From a virus, in the IMG/VR virus record IMGVR_UViG_3300030380_006811, positions 1 to 64,000 of that record: a DNA stretch of 64,000 bases; one strand, written 5' to 3'. The notes beneath the pieces are model-generated. The model did no database searches. It was not told the DNA's origin and saw only the letters and a program-made list of their open reading frames with translations. Of the stretch, positions 8,572 to 18,928 are shown piece by piece; the stretch's first letter is position 1, and each line of letters begins with the position of its first letter. Made by a program: the position numbers and the translations under genes.

Positions 8572-11500
8572 AATTTTTGCCCATGGTAGTTACATTGGGA
8601 CTACAGGTTATGCTAATCATACAAGGTCTTTTTATAGAGAACTTTCCCACTATTATGATTTAAAAGTTAGAAATTTTACTATAGGCAAATCATGGGATGG
8701 TTTTAATGATGAACCCCACAATAGTGAAAACTATATTAATGATTTAGATAAAAAATTATTAGTAGAACAATCTTTATGGAATAATGATAATGAATTAAAT
8801 CACCATTCGTTTTATTCTGAATATCCTAACAATTTTAATCATAATGTAAATATTGTTTTAAATGAAACAAACCACCATTTTTTCTACCAGAATTATGATG
8901 GCCCTAAAATAGCATATAATGTTTGGGAATCAACAAGGCAACCAGAAGGATTTTTTAACCAATTAAAAACTTTTGATCAAGTTTGGGTAGCATCTAAATG
9001 GCAAAAAGAATGTACAATAGAACAAGGAATAGAAGCCGATAAAATCAAAGTAATACCCGAAGCAGTAGATGGATCAATTTTCCAACCAAATGATAATGCT
9101 ACTCTCCCAGAATATAATGATAAAAGGTTTAAGTTTGTATTATTTGGGAGATTTGATTATAGAAAAGCAACTAAAGAAATTATAGAATCTTTTTTAAAAG
9201 AATTTAATAAAGATGAACCTGTAGATTTAATAGTATCAATTGATAACCCATATGCTAAGGATAAATTTGAATCCACAGAAGATAGATTAAAACATTATAA
9301 ATTAAATGACCCCAGAATTAAAATTAAACACTTTCCTACTAGAAAAGAATATATAAAATATTTACAAAAAGGTCATGTATTTCTGTCATGTGCTCGAGCT
9401 GAAGGGTGGAATTTACCTTTAATTGAAGCTATGGCCTGTGGTACACCTTCAATATACTCTAATTGTAGCGCCCAGCTGGAATTTGCAGAAGGGTTAGGAT
9501 TACCTGTAGATATTAAGTCTATGTCAGAAGCTAAACAGGGAGAATATAGTAGCTTTTCTCAATCCTTATTAGCTGGAGAATTTTATGAACCAGACTTTGA
9601 TCATTTAAGAAAAGTAATGAGGGATGCTTATAAAAATTATAAACACCACAAAAAACAAGCATTAAAAGAATCAAAAATAATCAGAAAAAAGTTTACATGG
9701 AAAAATGCAGCTAAGTTAGCAGGTAAAGAAATAGAATCTTTACTAAATAATCTACCAAAGAATAAAATAGAAATAAGCTTTAATTTAGGACCAAAAGTAG
9801 AAGTATTAGGACATCATAATAATAATTATTTTATTGAATTTATAAATGGCGATACTAATGAAGTAATACATAGTGATACTATAAGTAATAATATGTGGAC
9901 TAAATGTAGTAAATCTTATTATATACCCTGGATAATTAAAGTAAATGGTAAAATTGTACATAGATTTAACCTTACAAATAATAAAGTTAGAATTAACTTT
10001 GAATCTAAATCTATTGGAGATACAATAGCATGGATCCCCCAAGTTTTAGAATTTTATAAAAAACATAAATGTGAAGTTGTCGTAAGCACCCACCATAATA
10101 GTTGGTTCCAAACACTACCAGAATATAAAGATTTAACTTTTATAAAACCTGGATCAGCATATGATGCTTATGTTATATATGAAATTGGTTGGTTTAGAGA
10201 TGAAGATGGTGGGTGGAAAAATTTTAATAATCACCCAACTCAAGTAAATACTATTCCTCTAATTCAAGCTGCATCTGATATTTTAGGTTTACCTTATAAA
10301 GAATTACATTATGGTATTAACTTTACCCCTAAAAAAAGGCCTATAAAAAACAAATATATTTGTATAGGTCCAAGATCAACAGCTGGGTTAAAAGAATGGC
10401 CTTATGAAAGTTGGAAAAAATTAGTAAAAAAATTACATAGTAAGGGGTATAAAGTAGTTAATCTATCCAAAGAAGGATTTAAAGGAACAAATATAATAGA
10501 TAAAAAAAATCTAAAATGGGAAGATACATTAAACTATCTGCATCATGCTGATTTATTCATAGGATTAGGCTCAGGTTTATCTTGGGTAAATTGGGTATTG
10601 GATAAACATACTATAATGATTAATAATTTTATTCCTTATGGGTATGAATTTACTCATAATTTAACTAAAATAGAAAATCATAGTGTATGTAATAATTGCT
10701 GGGTAAGTAAAGAATTAGTATTTGATGCTGGTGATTGGGATTGGTGTGGAAAACACCAAGGAACAGATTTACAACATATATGTCAAAAATCAATTACAGT
10801 TGATCAAGTTTATAATGAAGTTATAAATTACCTTTACCCAAAAAACAATAATAATTTTATATGGATAACAGGAGGTGATAAATCTTATCTTCCTATGATA
10901 AAAGTATTAGCTAAAAGTTTATTAAAATATTCTAAACATAAATTAATAGTGTATGGATTTAACTGTGATTCGAATATAGAATTGCCTAATGTTATAAACA
11001 AAAGAATAAATTATAGACCAAAACCTAAAACTCAACCTACGGGTGAACTTGATTTATTTAATAAAGATTATTCTATTTATTTTGCTAAATATTTAGCCAG
11101 CATAGATTCTTTAAACGAACCTTATGATAAATTTGCTTGGATAGATGGAGATGCCTTTGCAACAGAAAATATAGATAAATCTATAAAATATATAAATAAT
11201 TTAAAGGATTATCCTTTATTTATGACTTATTATCATCAAGATATAAATCATTGGAGAACCCATAAGGATATAAGATTAGAAGGTAATTATGGGGGCGAAT
11301 TAGCAGCATTAAAGGGTATTCAAAGAAACCCTAATGGTAAACTAATTGCTACTGGTTTTTATTTTTATGATAAACGAAGTAAATCATTTTTTGAAAAATG
11401 TATTCAATGGAATAAAGATTTAAATAAATATAGTGTAAAAATATATGCTGATGATAATGCATTTTCAGAGGAAAGAGTAGCTAATAACATCCTATGGGAA

Positions 11501-12286
11501 GAAAACAAAAAATTAGATTTGCCTATAACTTGGAATAATTATTATAGTTCTGAGGATGAAACTAAAGTTAATCCTTATTTTTTAAAACAAGGATTTGACG
11601 TAATGTATGACAAAAGCAATCTTGACCCCTATTTTATTCATGGGCCTGACCCCTCAGTAAAACAAAAAAACGCAGATATTTTAAATAATTCTTTTAAGGA
11701 TTATCAAACAACAAAACTAATGATAGTTGCTCATCCTGATGATGAATTAATTTTTGGAGGTGCAGAACTAATTAACCATGGCCCAAAATATAAAGTAGTC
11801 TGTATAACAAATAAAAATAATGAAATTAGAAGTAAAGAGTTCCAGAACGTAATGAAAGCTTTAAATATAGGCTCTTATGAAATGTGGGACTTTAAAGATT
11901 CACTTTATGATGAAAGTGAAATTTATGATTTAAATCTTTTTAAAAACTTACTATCCAAAAATTGGGAAAAAATTGTAACCCATAATCCTATAGGGGAATA
12001 TGGCCACCCTAAACATAAAAGATTATTTGAAACTATTAAAAAATTAGCTACTGAATTTTATGTTTTTAGTAAAAATTCTACAAAATTACCAAAAAATATC
12101 TTAGATAAAAAATTAAAATTATTAAAATTATATAAATCCGAACAGCCTGTTATTAATCAATTATTAACTAAAAATGGTGATTGGTTTAAAAGTAATTCTA
12201 ATACTAATTATATAGAGTATGAATCCATTACTAAGTATGATAAAAATAAAGACATAACCCCTTATATCGCATGTTATGATAAATAA
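8552..12286 (+). CDS. Multi-domain glycosyltransferase: GT4 + autotransporter-type O-heptosyltransferase + GT-A-like + PIG-L deacetylase
   Basis: RAEGWNLPLIEAMACG (GT4); SKSIGDTIAW, FIGLGSGLSW and C-xx-C...C...C (TibC/AAH-like); WIDGD (DxD); VAHPDDE and THNPIGEYGHPKH (PIG-L/LmbE). Confidence 0.8.
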   Translation: MVKNKPKIFAHGSYIGTTGYANHTRSFYRELSHYYDLKVRNFTIGKSWDGFNDEPHNSENYINDLDKKLLVEQSLWNNDNELNHHSFYSEYPNNFNHNVNIVLNETNHHFFYQNYDGPKIAYNVWESTRQPEGFFNQLKTFDQVWVASKWQKECTIEQGIEADKIKVIPEAVDGSIFQPNDNATLPEYNDKRFKFVLFGRFDYRKATKEIIESFLKEFNKDEPVDLIVSIDNPYAKDKFESTEDRLKHYKLNDPRIKIKHFPTRKEYIKYLQKGHVFLSCARAEGWNLPLIEAMACGTPSIYSNCSAQLEFAEGLGLPVDIKSMSEAKQGEYSSFSQSLLAGEFYEPDFDHLRKVMRDAYKNYKHHKKQALKESKIIRKKFTWKNAAKLAGKEIESLLNNLPKNKIEISFNLGPKVEVLGHHNNNYFIEFINGDTNEVIHSDTISNNMWTKCSKSYYIPWIIKVNGKIVHRFNLTNNKVRINFESKSIGDTIAWIPQVLEFYKKHKCEVVVSTHHNSWFQTLPEYKDLTFIKPGSAYDAYVIYEIGWFRDEDGGWKNFNNHPTQVNTIPLIQAASDILGLPYKELHYGINFTPKKRPIKNKYICIGPRSTAGLKEWPYESWKKLVKKLHSKGYKVVNLSKEGFKGTNIIDKKNLKWEDTLNYLHHADLFIGLGSGLSWVNWVLDKHTIMINNFIPYGYEFTHNLTKIENHSVCNNCWVSKELVFDAGDWDWCGKHQGTDLQHICQKSITVDQVYNEVINYLYPKNNNNFIWITGGDKSYLPMIKVLAKSLLKYSKHKLIVYGFNCDSNIELPNVINKRINYRPKPKTQPTGELDLFNKDYSIYFAKYLASIDSLNEPYDKFAWIDGDAFATENIDKSIKYINNLKDYPLFMTYYHQDINHWRTHKDIRLEGNYGGELAALKGIQRNPNGKLIATGFYFYDKRSKSFFEKCIQWNKDLNKYSVKIYADDNAFSEERVANNILWEENKKLDLPITWNNYYSSEDETKVNPYFLKQGFDVMYDKSNLDPYFIHGPDPSVKQKNADILNNSFKDYQTTKLMIVAHPDDELIFGGAELINHGPKYKVVCITNKNNEIRSKEFQNVMKALNIGSYEMWDFKDSLYDESEIYDLNLFKNLLSKNWEKIVTHNPIGEYGHPKHKRLFETIKKLATEFYVFSKNSTKLPKNILDKKLKLLKLYKSEQPVINQLLTKNGDWFKSNSNTNYIEYESITKYDKNKDITPYIACYDK

Positions 12287-13232
12287 AAATTTAATAATTA
12301 TTTTAAGTCATTGTGACACTGAAGAAAAAATTAAGATATTAGATGATAATATTAAACAATTAAAATCTAATGGTTTTGATATACTACTTACATCTCATGT
12401 TCCTTTACCTAAAAGTATCCAATCCCAAATAGAATATTTTATTTATGATAAAAGTAATCCTATATTACATTGGCCTCAAAGGGGAATGGTATATTGGAAA
12501 ACTATTACATTAGGCCAAGAAAATTATGATTTAGTTAACATACTCCCAGACTATGGGTGGACAGCCTTTAATCAATTTTTGACTTCAAGTCATTTGGGAT
12601 TATCTTTAGATTATGACCAATACAGTTTTATTAATTATGATACTATACTTACACCTTTAATGTTTGAAACTTTAAAATCACCTCAAAGTTTTGTTACAAG
12701 TAAAGTTTATGCTAAAGAAAATGAAAAAGGTTTTCGTTTCCCTAGCTTTATGCTTAATATTCTAAATAAAGAAAATCTAAAAAAATTACTTCCTTTAATA
12801 TCACAAGAACAATATATTGATGGGTCAATTACTACAGAACATCATGATTTTAAAGATGCTGAAACTTATTTAGGGCATTTAATATCTGTATTTAATTATG
12901 AAATTTATCCCGAAGTAGTTAAGGATCAAATTATGTATATAGACTTCCAGGATGCTTTTAATTTTAATATGGATAATAATTTATTTAAAGTATTCTACCA
13001 AAGTGTTACAGATCCTAAGGTTTACAAAACAGAACCTTCTATTTTAATTTATGATATAAAAGAAAACCTTAAAGTAAATATCAATGATAAAGAAATCTTA
13101 ATAACGGACCCATTTTTTAATTTAAAATACTCAGAAATAAATTCATTTGGATATTATTTAAATGATTCGTATATTGACCTAACCTATATATTTAAGGAAA
13201 AAAGAACAACATCTATAGATACTAATGATTAA
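12276..13232 (+). CDS. Hypothetical protein, possibly GT-A-like, in the sugar island
   Basis: 318 aa; LTSH and NYDT motifs; translationally coupled to its neighbours. Confidence 0.45.
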   Translation: MINKNLIIILSHCDTEEKIKILDDNIKQLKSNGFDILLTSHVPLPKSIQSQIEYFIYDKSNPILHWPQRGMVYWKTITLGQENYDLVNILPDYGWTAFNQFLTSSHLGLSLDYDQYSFINYDTILTPLMFETLKSPQSFVTSKVYAKENEKGFRFPSFMLNILNKENLKKLLPLISQEQYIDGSITTEHHDFKDAETYLGHLISVFNYEIYPEVVKDQIMYIDFQDAFNFNMDNNLFKVFYQSVTDPKVYKTEPSILIYDIKENLKVNINDKEILITDPFFNLKYSEINSFGYYLNDSYIDLTYIFKEKRTTSIDTND

Positions 13233-14157
13233 AAATAAAAAAATATTCATAACTGGAGGAGCAGGATATTTAGGTAAAAATTTAGTTAAACGTTACTATA
13301 ATGATAATGAAATAACTATTTACTCTAGAGATGAAGCCAAACATTATTATTTAAAAAAATATTTCCCAAATATAAAATGTATAATTGGAGATATTAGAAA
13401 TTTTGATTTATTAAAAAGAGCATCTATAGGTCATAACATTGGTATATTTGCTGCTTCACTAAAACAAATTAGTGCCGTAGATGAAAATGTAGAAGAAAGT
13501 GTTAAAGTGTTAATTGATGGGGCTCTTAATTCAAGGAGGGCAGCGGAAGAAAATAATTTTGAAGCTGCATGTTTTATATCGTCTGATAAATCTAGGGCTG
13601 CTACTACCTTATATGGGGCAATGAAATTTATAGCTGGCGAATCATTTATAGTAAACTCAGATAAATCTAATGTAAAATTATCTTCTGCTATATATGGAAA
13701 TGTTTTAAACTCTACAGGTAGTATAATTCCTTTAATTTGGGATTCTATTAATAAAGGATATGAATTAACTTTATACTCTGAAGAAATGACTCGATTTATG
13801 ATTGATATAGAAGATGCTATGGATTTAATTGAGTTAGGGTTAAAAGTAGATGGATATAATGTAATACCTAATTTACGTTCTTTTTTAGTTAAAGATTTAT
13901 TTGAAATATATGCAGATAAATTTGGATTAAAATACAAAAAAGGCACACCTAGAGTATCAGAAAAAACCCATGAAATAATGGTTAGTAAAGAAGAATCTCC
14001 TAGAACATTTTATAATAAAATAGATGATACTTATTATATGCATTATGAAAAAATATTTGATAATAGTTTAAATAATGAATTTAGTAGTTATGAAACAACT
14101 GTATCAAAACAAGAATTAATTAAAATTTTAAATCATTATAATTTTTTTAAACCATGA
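13225..14157 (+). CDS. UDP-GlcNAc 4,6-dehydratase (PseB/CapD-like SDR)
   Basis: ITGGAGYLG, YSRDEAK, ISSDK, YGAMK, YGNVLNSTGSIIP, MTRF. Confidence 0.85.
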   Translation: MIKNKKIFITGGAGYLGKNLVKRYYNDNEITIYSRDEAKHYYLKKYFPNIKCIIGDIRNFDLLKRASIGHNIGIFAASLKQISAVDENVEESVKVLIDGALNSRRAAEENNFEAACFISSDKSRAATTLYGAMKFIAGESFIVNSDKSNVKLSSAIYGNVLNSTGSIIPLIWDSINKGYELTLYSEEMTRFMIDIEDAMDLIELGLKVDGYNVIPNLRSFLVKDLFEIYADKFGLKYKKGTPRVSEKTHEIMVSKEESPRTFYNKIDDTYYMHYEKIFDNSLNNEFSSYETTVSKQELIKILNHYNFFKP

Positions 14158-14885
14158 AAGTATTAATATTAGGACATAAAGGGATGTTAGGTCATATGGT
14201 TCATAAATTCTTTCAAGATAAAGGAATAGAATGTGTAACTACTGACTGCAGATGGCCTTCAACTTGTTTTAAACAAGTAGTACAAAATTTTGATGGGGCT
14301 TATATTATTAATTGTATAGGAGCTATACACCAGAGATCAACAGATTTTCAAGTAAATTGGGAATTACCTAAATGGCTAGAAAATAATTCTTCAAAATATG
14401 TAGAAAATTTCACAGCTAAAATAATCCACCCAGGAACTGATTGCGAAATAGACGATGATGATTATGGTAATTCTAAAAGAATAGCTGCTGAATGGATTAA
14501 AAAAAAGTCAAAAAATACTAAGATCATTAAAACCTCTATATTAGGTCCTGAATTGAATACTAATGCAAGCTTAATGGAATGGTTTTTATCTCAACAGGAA
14601 GAAATTAATGGGTACTCAGATTGTTATTGGAATGGGAATACTACTTTAACTTGGGCCCAATATTGTCTTTATTTAATGTATCATTGGGAAAATTTACCTA
14701 TTGAAAATATATTAGAGGGAGAATGTATTTCTAAATATGAATTACTTTTGTTATTAAAAGAAATATATAATAAAAATATTACTATTAACCCCGTTAATTT
14801 TCCTTCAATAAATAAATGTTTAAAGGGAACAATAAAAACTTTACCCTTAAGAGAACAATTAGTGGCATTAAAAGAATTTTATTAA
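14154..14885 (+). CDS. NDP-4-keto-sugar reductase (RmlD-like SDR)
   Basis: ILGHKGMLG, IINCIG, TDC, YGNSK. Confidence 0.8.
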   Translation: MKVLILGHKGMLGHMVHKFFQDKGIECVTTDCRWPSTCFKQVVQNFDGAYIINCIGAIHQRSTDFQVNWELPKWLENNSSKYVENFTAKIIHPGTDCEIDDDDYGNSKRIAAEWIKKKSKNTKIIKTSILGPELNTNASLMEWFLSQQEEINGYSDCYWNGNTTLTWAQYCLYLMYHWENLPIENILEGECISKYELLLLLKEIYNKNITINPVNFPSINKCLKGTIKTLPLREQLVALKEFY

Positions 14886-14904
14886 TATTTATAATAAAAT
14901 AAAA

Positions 14905-15156
14905 ATGAAAAAAATAAAGTTATCACAAGAAGAGTTGCAACAATTAAAAGATTTTCAAAAGAAAGATAATGAAATTACTTTTACTTTAGGTCAAATTGAG
15001 TTAAGAAAGATTTATTTAGAAAAAGAAAAACAAAATCTTCAAACCCAATACCAAACCCTTCTTCAAAACCAAGAGAAAGTAGGCAAAGAACTACAGGAAA
15101 AATATGGAGACGGTAATATTGATCTAGAAAAGGGAGAATTCATTAGTTCAGAATAG
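14905..15156 (+). CDS. Small coiled-coil protein
   Basis: 83 aa with heptads, ending KYGDGNIDLEKGEF; late motif upstream. Confidence 0.55.
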   Translation: MKKIKLSQEELQQLKDFQKKDNEITFTLGQIELRKIYLEKEKQNLQTQYQTLLQNQEKVGKELQEKYGDGNIDLEKGEFISSE

Positions 15157-15214
15157 TTCTTTGAGAAAATCTTTAATATGTATAATAAAACAATATTAAA
15201 AATAACATATAAAG

Positions 15215-17560
15215 ATGGCAGAAACATTATTATCTCCAGGTGTATTAGCTAGAGAAAACGACCAATCATTTATCCAACAACAACCAGCAGAAGTTGGTGC
15301 AGCTATTATTGGACCAACTGCTTTAGGTCCTGTTGAAGTGCCTACATTGGTTACTTCTTTTAGTGAATACTCAGCAATCTTTGGTACTACAGTACAGAGT
15401 GCTTCAGTTGCTTATTCATATTTAACTTCATTAGCGGCAAATAATTATTTTCAAAGTGGTGGAACAAGTTTATTAGTTACTAGAGTTGTACCTGAAACAT
15501 TCACACCCGCTTCAAGTTCATTTATTCAAACAGTAGATGATTCTGCTATTAAAGCTGACGTTGGAAGTGAAGCTGATTTATTTGCAGCAGGGGTAAACAC
15601 AGGAACTACTTGGGTTGATGCAGATTACACTAGTGCTACATTTACTACGAATGGAAGCGGTACAGGAGCTACATTTAATCTTACAGCAGCTTCAAACGCT
15701 ATTACAAAAATAACAGCATCTGCAGGAGGTGAGGGTTATGCAATTGGAGAACAACTTACTTTTTCAAGTGGAAATAATGGTGGTTCCCCTTTAGTAGCAA
15801 CAGAATTATCAGCATCAGCTACGTTTTCGAATAGTGATACTTATGATGCAGCTACTATAACATCAAACCCATCTTCAACAACATCTACATCAGCAACAGG
15901 CCAAGCTTGGTCTTTAACATTTGCTGGAGGAACAGGAGCTTCATCGTTAACTACTATAACAGCTACTACAGCTGGAACTGGAGTAGTAATTGGTGACACA
16001 TTTACATGGACAGCAGCAGATTTAAATACTGCAATTGATGTTGCAGCAGGAGGGGCTTCAGCAGGAACAACAGACGTAGTACTTACGGTAGTAGCCGCGG
16101 ATTTAAATAGTAGTACTTTTGTAGTTACTTTAACCGCCGGAACTTTAGAAGATGGTGATTCACCTTTTGTACTTGAAACAATTTCAGAAGGTGAAGTAAT
16201 GAATACAGGTACAACTGAATTAACAGGAGGTGCTTTAGAAACGGGATCAGCAGAAAATGTTCGTTGGTCAATCCCTTCAGTAAATACAGCTTCAGGAACA
16301 TTTAGTTTACTAATTCGTAGAGGTGATGATAACACAAACCAACAAACAGTATTAGAACAATATAGTAATCTATCATTAGACCCTTATTCACCAAATTATA
16401 TATCAGCACAAATTGGTGATGTTACTAAAAATTTAGTTAATGAAGGAAGTGATTATTACATTCAAGAATCAGGATCTTATGCTAACTTATCAAGATATGT
16501 AAGAGTAAAATCAGTAAATTTAAAAACACCAAATTATTTTAATAATAATGGTCAAGCAAAATCAGAATTTACAGGATCTTTACCATCAGTATCTTCAGGT
16601 TCATTCAATGGAGCAGTTGGTAAAATGATAACAACAGCAGATTCTGGAAGAGTTGCTAATTTTTATGATAAAATTGGAGAAGGATCAGCATTTGATACTC
16701 AAGGATTAACTGGAAGTAGTTATGATAACGCGATTGCTTTACTAGGAAATGTAGATGAATATAAATATAATGTAATTAGTGCTCCGGGTATAATTAACTC
16801 AGTACACGCAACTCAAGCAACAAATATATTATCAAATACAATTCAAAGAGGAGATGCAATTGCAGTATTAGATTTAGTACAATATGGAAGCTCAGTATCA
16901 GCAGTATCTTCAGCAGCAGGAGCATTTGATAATAGTTATGCTGCAACATACTGGCCATGGGTTCAATTAATAGATCCTCAAACTGGAGAATTAGTATATT
17001 CACCAGCATCAACAGTAATCCCAGGAGTTTATGTATTTACAGATGCTTCAAGTGAACCATGGTTCGCTCCAGCAGGATTAACTAGAGGAGCTTTAGGACA
17101 AGTAGTTAGAGCTGAAAGAAAATTAACAGCAACAAACAGAGATACTTTATATGAAGCAAATGTTAACCCATTAGCTACTTTCCCTCAAAGTGGAGTAGTA
17201 GTATTTGGTCAAAAAACACTACAGAAAAGAGCTAGTGCTTTAGATAGAGTAAATGTTAGAAGATTATTAATTGCTCTTAAAGGATTTATTTCAGGAGTAT
17301 CTGATAACTTAGTATTTGAACAAAATACTATTGCTACTAGAAATAATTTCCTAAGTGTAGTAAACCCATATTTAGAAGGAGTACAACAAAGACAAGGATT
17401 ATTTGCATTTAAAGTTGTAATGGATGATACCAATAATACACCAACTGTAATAGATAGAAATGAGTTAGTAGGACAAATATTCTTACAACCAACTAAAACA
17501 GCTGAGTTTATTATATTAGATTTCAATGTATTACCAACTGGAGCAACTTTCCCAGCATAA
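15215..17560 (+). CDS. gp18: Contractile tail sheath protein
   Basis: SPGVLAREND, PWFAPAG..RG, NVNP, FGQKTL, DRVNVRRL, FEQN, PTKTAEFI. Confidence 0.95.
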   Translation: MAETLLSPGVLARENDQSFIQQQPAEVGAAIIGPTALGPVEVPTLVTSFSEYSAIFGTTVQSASVAYSYLTSLAANNYFQSGGTSLLVTRVVPETFTPASSSFIQTVDDSAIKADVGSEADLFAAGVNTGTTWVDADYTSATFTTNGSGTGATFNLTAASNAITKITASAGGEGYAIGEQLTFSSGNNGGSPLVATELSASATFSNSDTYDAATITSNPSSTTSTSATGQAWSLTFAGGTGASSLTTITATTAGTGVVIGDTFTWTAADLNTAIDVAAGGASAGTTDVVLTVVAADLNSSTFVVTLTAGTLEDGDSPFVLETISEGEVMNTGTTELTGGALETGSAENVRWSIPSVNTASGTFSLLIRRGDDNTNQQTVLEQYSNLSLDPYSPNYISAQIGDVTKNLVNEGSDYYIQESGSYANLSRYVRVKSVNLKTPNYFNNNGQAKSEFTGSLPSVSSGSFNGAVGKMITTADSGRVANFYDKIGEGSAFDTQGLTGSSYDNAIALLGNVDEYKYNVISAPGIINSVHATQATNILSNTIQRGDAIAVLDLVQYGSSVSAVSSAAGAFDNSYAATYWPWVQLIDPQTGELVYSPASTVIPGVYVFTDASSEPWFAPAGLTRGALGQVVRAERKLTATNRDTLYEANVNPLATFPQSGVVVFGQKTLQKRASALDRVNVRRLLIALKGFISGVSDNLVFEQNTIATRNNFLSVVNPYLEGVQQRQGLFAFKVVMDDTNNTPTVIDRNELVGQIFLQPTKTAEFIILDFNVLPTGATFPA

Positions 17561-17602
17561 AAATTTAAAAATAGAATATTTATAATAAAATAAGAAAATA
17601 AA

Positions 17603-18091
17603 ATGGCAGTATTAGATCCAAACGAAATATTTTTCACAGCTTTTGAGCCAAAACAAGCAAATAGGTTTATCCTTTATGTAGACGGTATTCCTGCTTATGT
17701 AGTAAAAGGAGTTGGAGCTGTATCAGTAACACAAGGTACAGTTGAATTAAATCATATTAATGTATCAAGATATGTAAAAGGTAAAACAGTTTGGGATCCT
17801 ATCTCATTAACATTATTTGACCCAATCACCCCATCAGGTGCTCAGGCAGTAATGGAATGGGTACGTTTACATCATGAATCAGTAACTGGTAGAGATGGTT
17901 ATAGTGATTTCTATAAAAAAGATCTTACTTTTAATGTACTTGGCCCAGTAGGAGATATTGTATCAGAATGGATTATTAAAGGTGCATTTATACAATCAGC
18001 TACATTTGGTGATTACAATTGGGATTCTGTAGATACTGCTCAAAATATAGAATTAACGGTACAACCAGATTATTGTATCTTAAATTTCTAA
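17603..18091 (+). CDS. gp19: Tail tube protein
   Basis: Follows the sheath gene; FEPKQANRF, W...GRDGY..FYKKD, W.IKGAF. Confidence 0.85.
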   Translation: MAVLDPNEIFFTAFEPKQANRFILYVDGIPAYVVKGVGAVSVTQGTVELNHINVSRYVKGKTVWDPISLTLFDPITPSGAQAVMEWVRLHHESVTGRDGYSDFYKKDLTFNVLGPVGDIVSEWIIKGAFIQSATFGDYNWDSVDTAQNIELTVQPDYCILNF

Positions 18092-18120
18092 AAATTTTAC
18101 CCACCCCTGATTTAGAAAAT

Positions 18121-18144
18121 AGCTTGGCTCCGGTCAAGCTTTTT
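18121..18144 (+). terminator. Rho-independent terminator after the tube gene
   Basis: AGCTTGGC-TCCG-GTCAAGCT followed by TTTT. Confidence 0.7.
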
Positions 18145-18193
18145 CTTATCTTAATATTTATAAGAGTAAAAACGTTATTATTAAATAAAGATT

Positions 18194-18928
18194 ATGGCCG
18201 AATTTAAAATACCCACAGAAACAGTATCACTTCCCTCAAAAGGACTTTTATATCCTAAAGACCACCCATTAGCAAGTGGAACAATTGAGATGAAATACAT
18301 GACAGCTAAAGAAGAAGATATCCTTACTAACTCAGCTTATATAACTGATGGGTCTGTAATTGACAGGGTATTAAAAGCATTAGTAGTAACTAAATTTAAT
18401 TGGAGTGAATTATTAATTGGAGATAAAAATGCTGTAATGGTAGCTGCTAGAGTTTTAGGTTATGGTAAAGATTATACCTATGAATATAATGGGAAAGAAT
18501 ATAGTGTAGATTTATCTAAATTAGAAGATAAAGAATTAGATGAAAGTCTATATACTAATGGAAATAATTTTAATTTTACATTGCCTCACTCAGGTAATGT
18601 GGTTACTTATAAATTACTTACTAATGGAGATGAAATTAAAATTCAAAATGAATTAAAAGGTTTACAAAAAATTGATAAAAATAATGTACCTGAAGCTACT
18701 ACTAGACTAAAATATATGATTCAATCCGTTGAAGGAGATTCTGAAAGAAAAACAGTAAGGGATTTTATTGATAATTATTTATTAGCTCGAGATGCTCGGG
18801 CATTAAGAGAAAATATTCTTCAAACCCAACCAGACATAGATCTGACTTTTTTTCCCGAAAACGGAACTAAGCGGGTTAACATCCCCATTGGGATTAAGTT
18901 TTTTTGGCCTGACGTTGATCTCGGCTAG
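18194..18928 (+). CDS. Tail/baseplate assembly chaperone (T4 gp26-like)
   Basis: LPSKG..Y, MTAKEEDIL, ends FFWP; located between the tube and tape-measure genes. Confidence 0.7.
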   Translation: MAEFKIPTETVSLPSKGLLYPKDHPLASGTIEMKYMTAKEEDILTNSAYITDGSVIDRVLKALVVTKFNWSELLIGDKNAVMVAARVLGYGKDYTYEYNGKEYSVDLSKLEDKELDESLYTNGNNFNFTLPHSGNVVTYKLLTNGDEIKIQNELKGLQKIDKNNVPEATTRLKYMIQSVEGDSERKTVRDFIDNYLLARDARALRENILQTQPDIDLTFFPENGTKRVNIPIGIKFFWPDVDLG

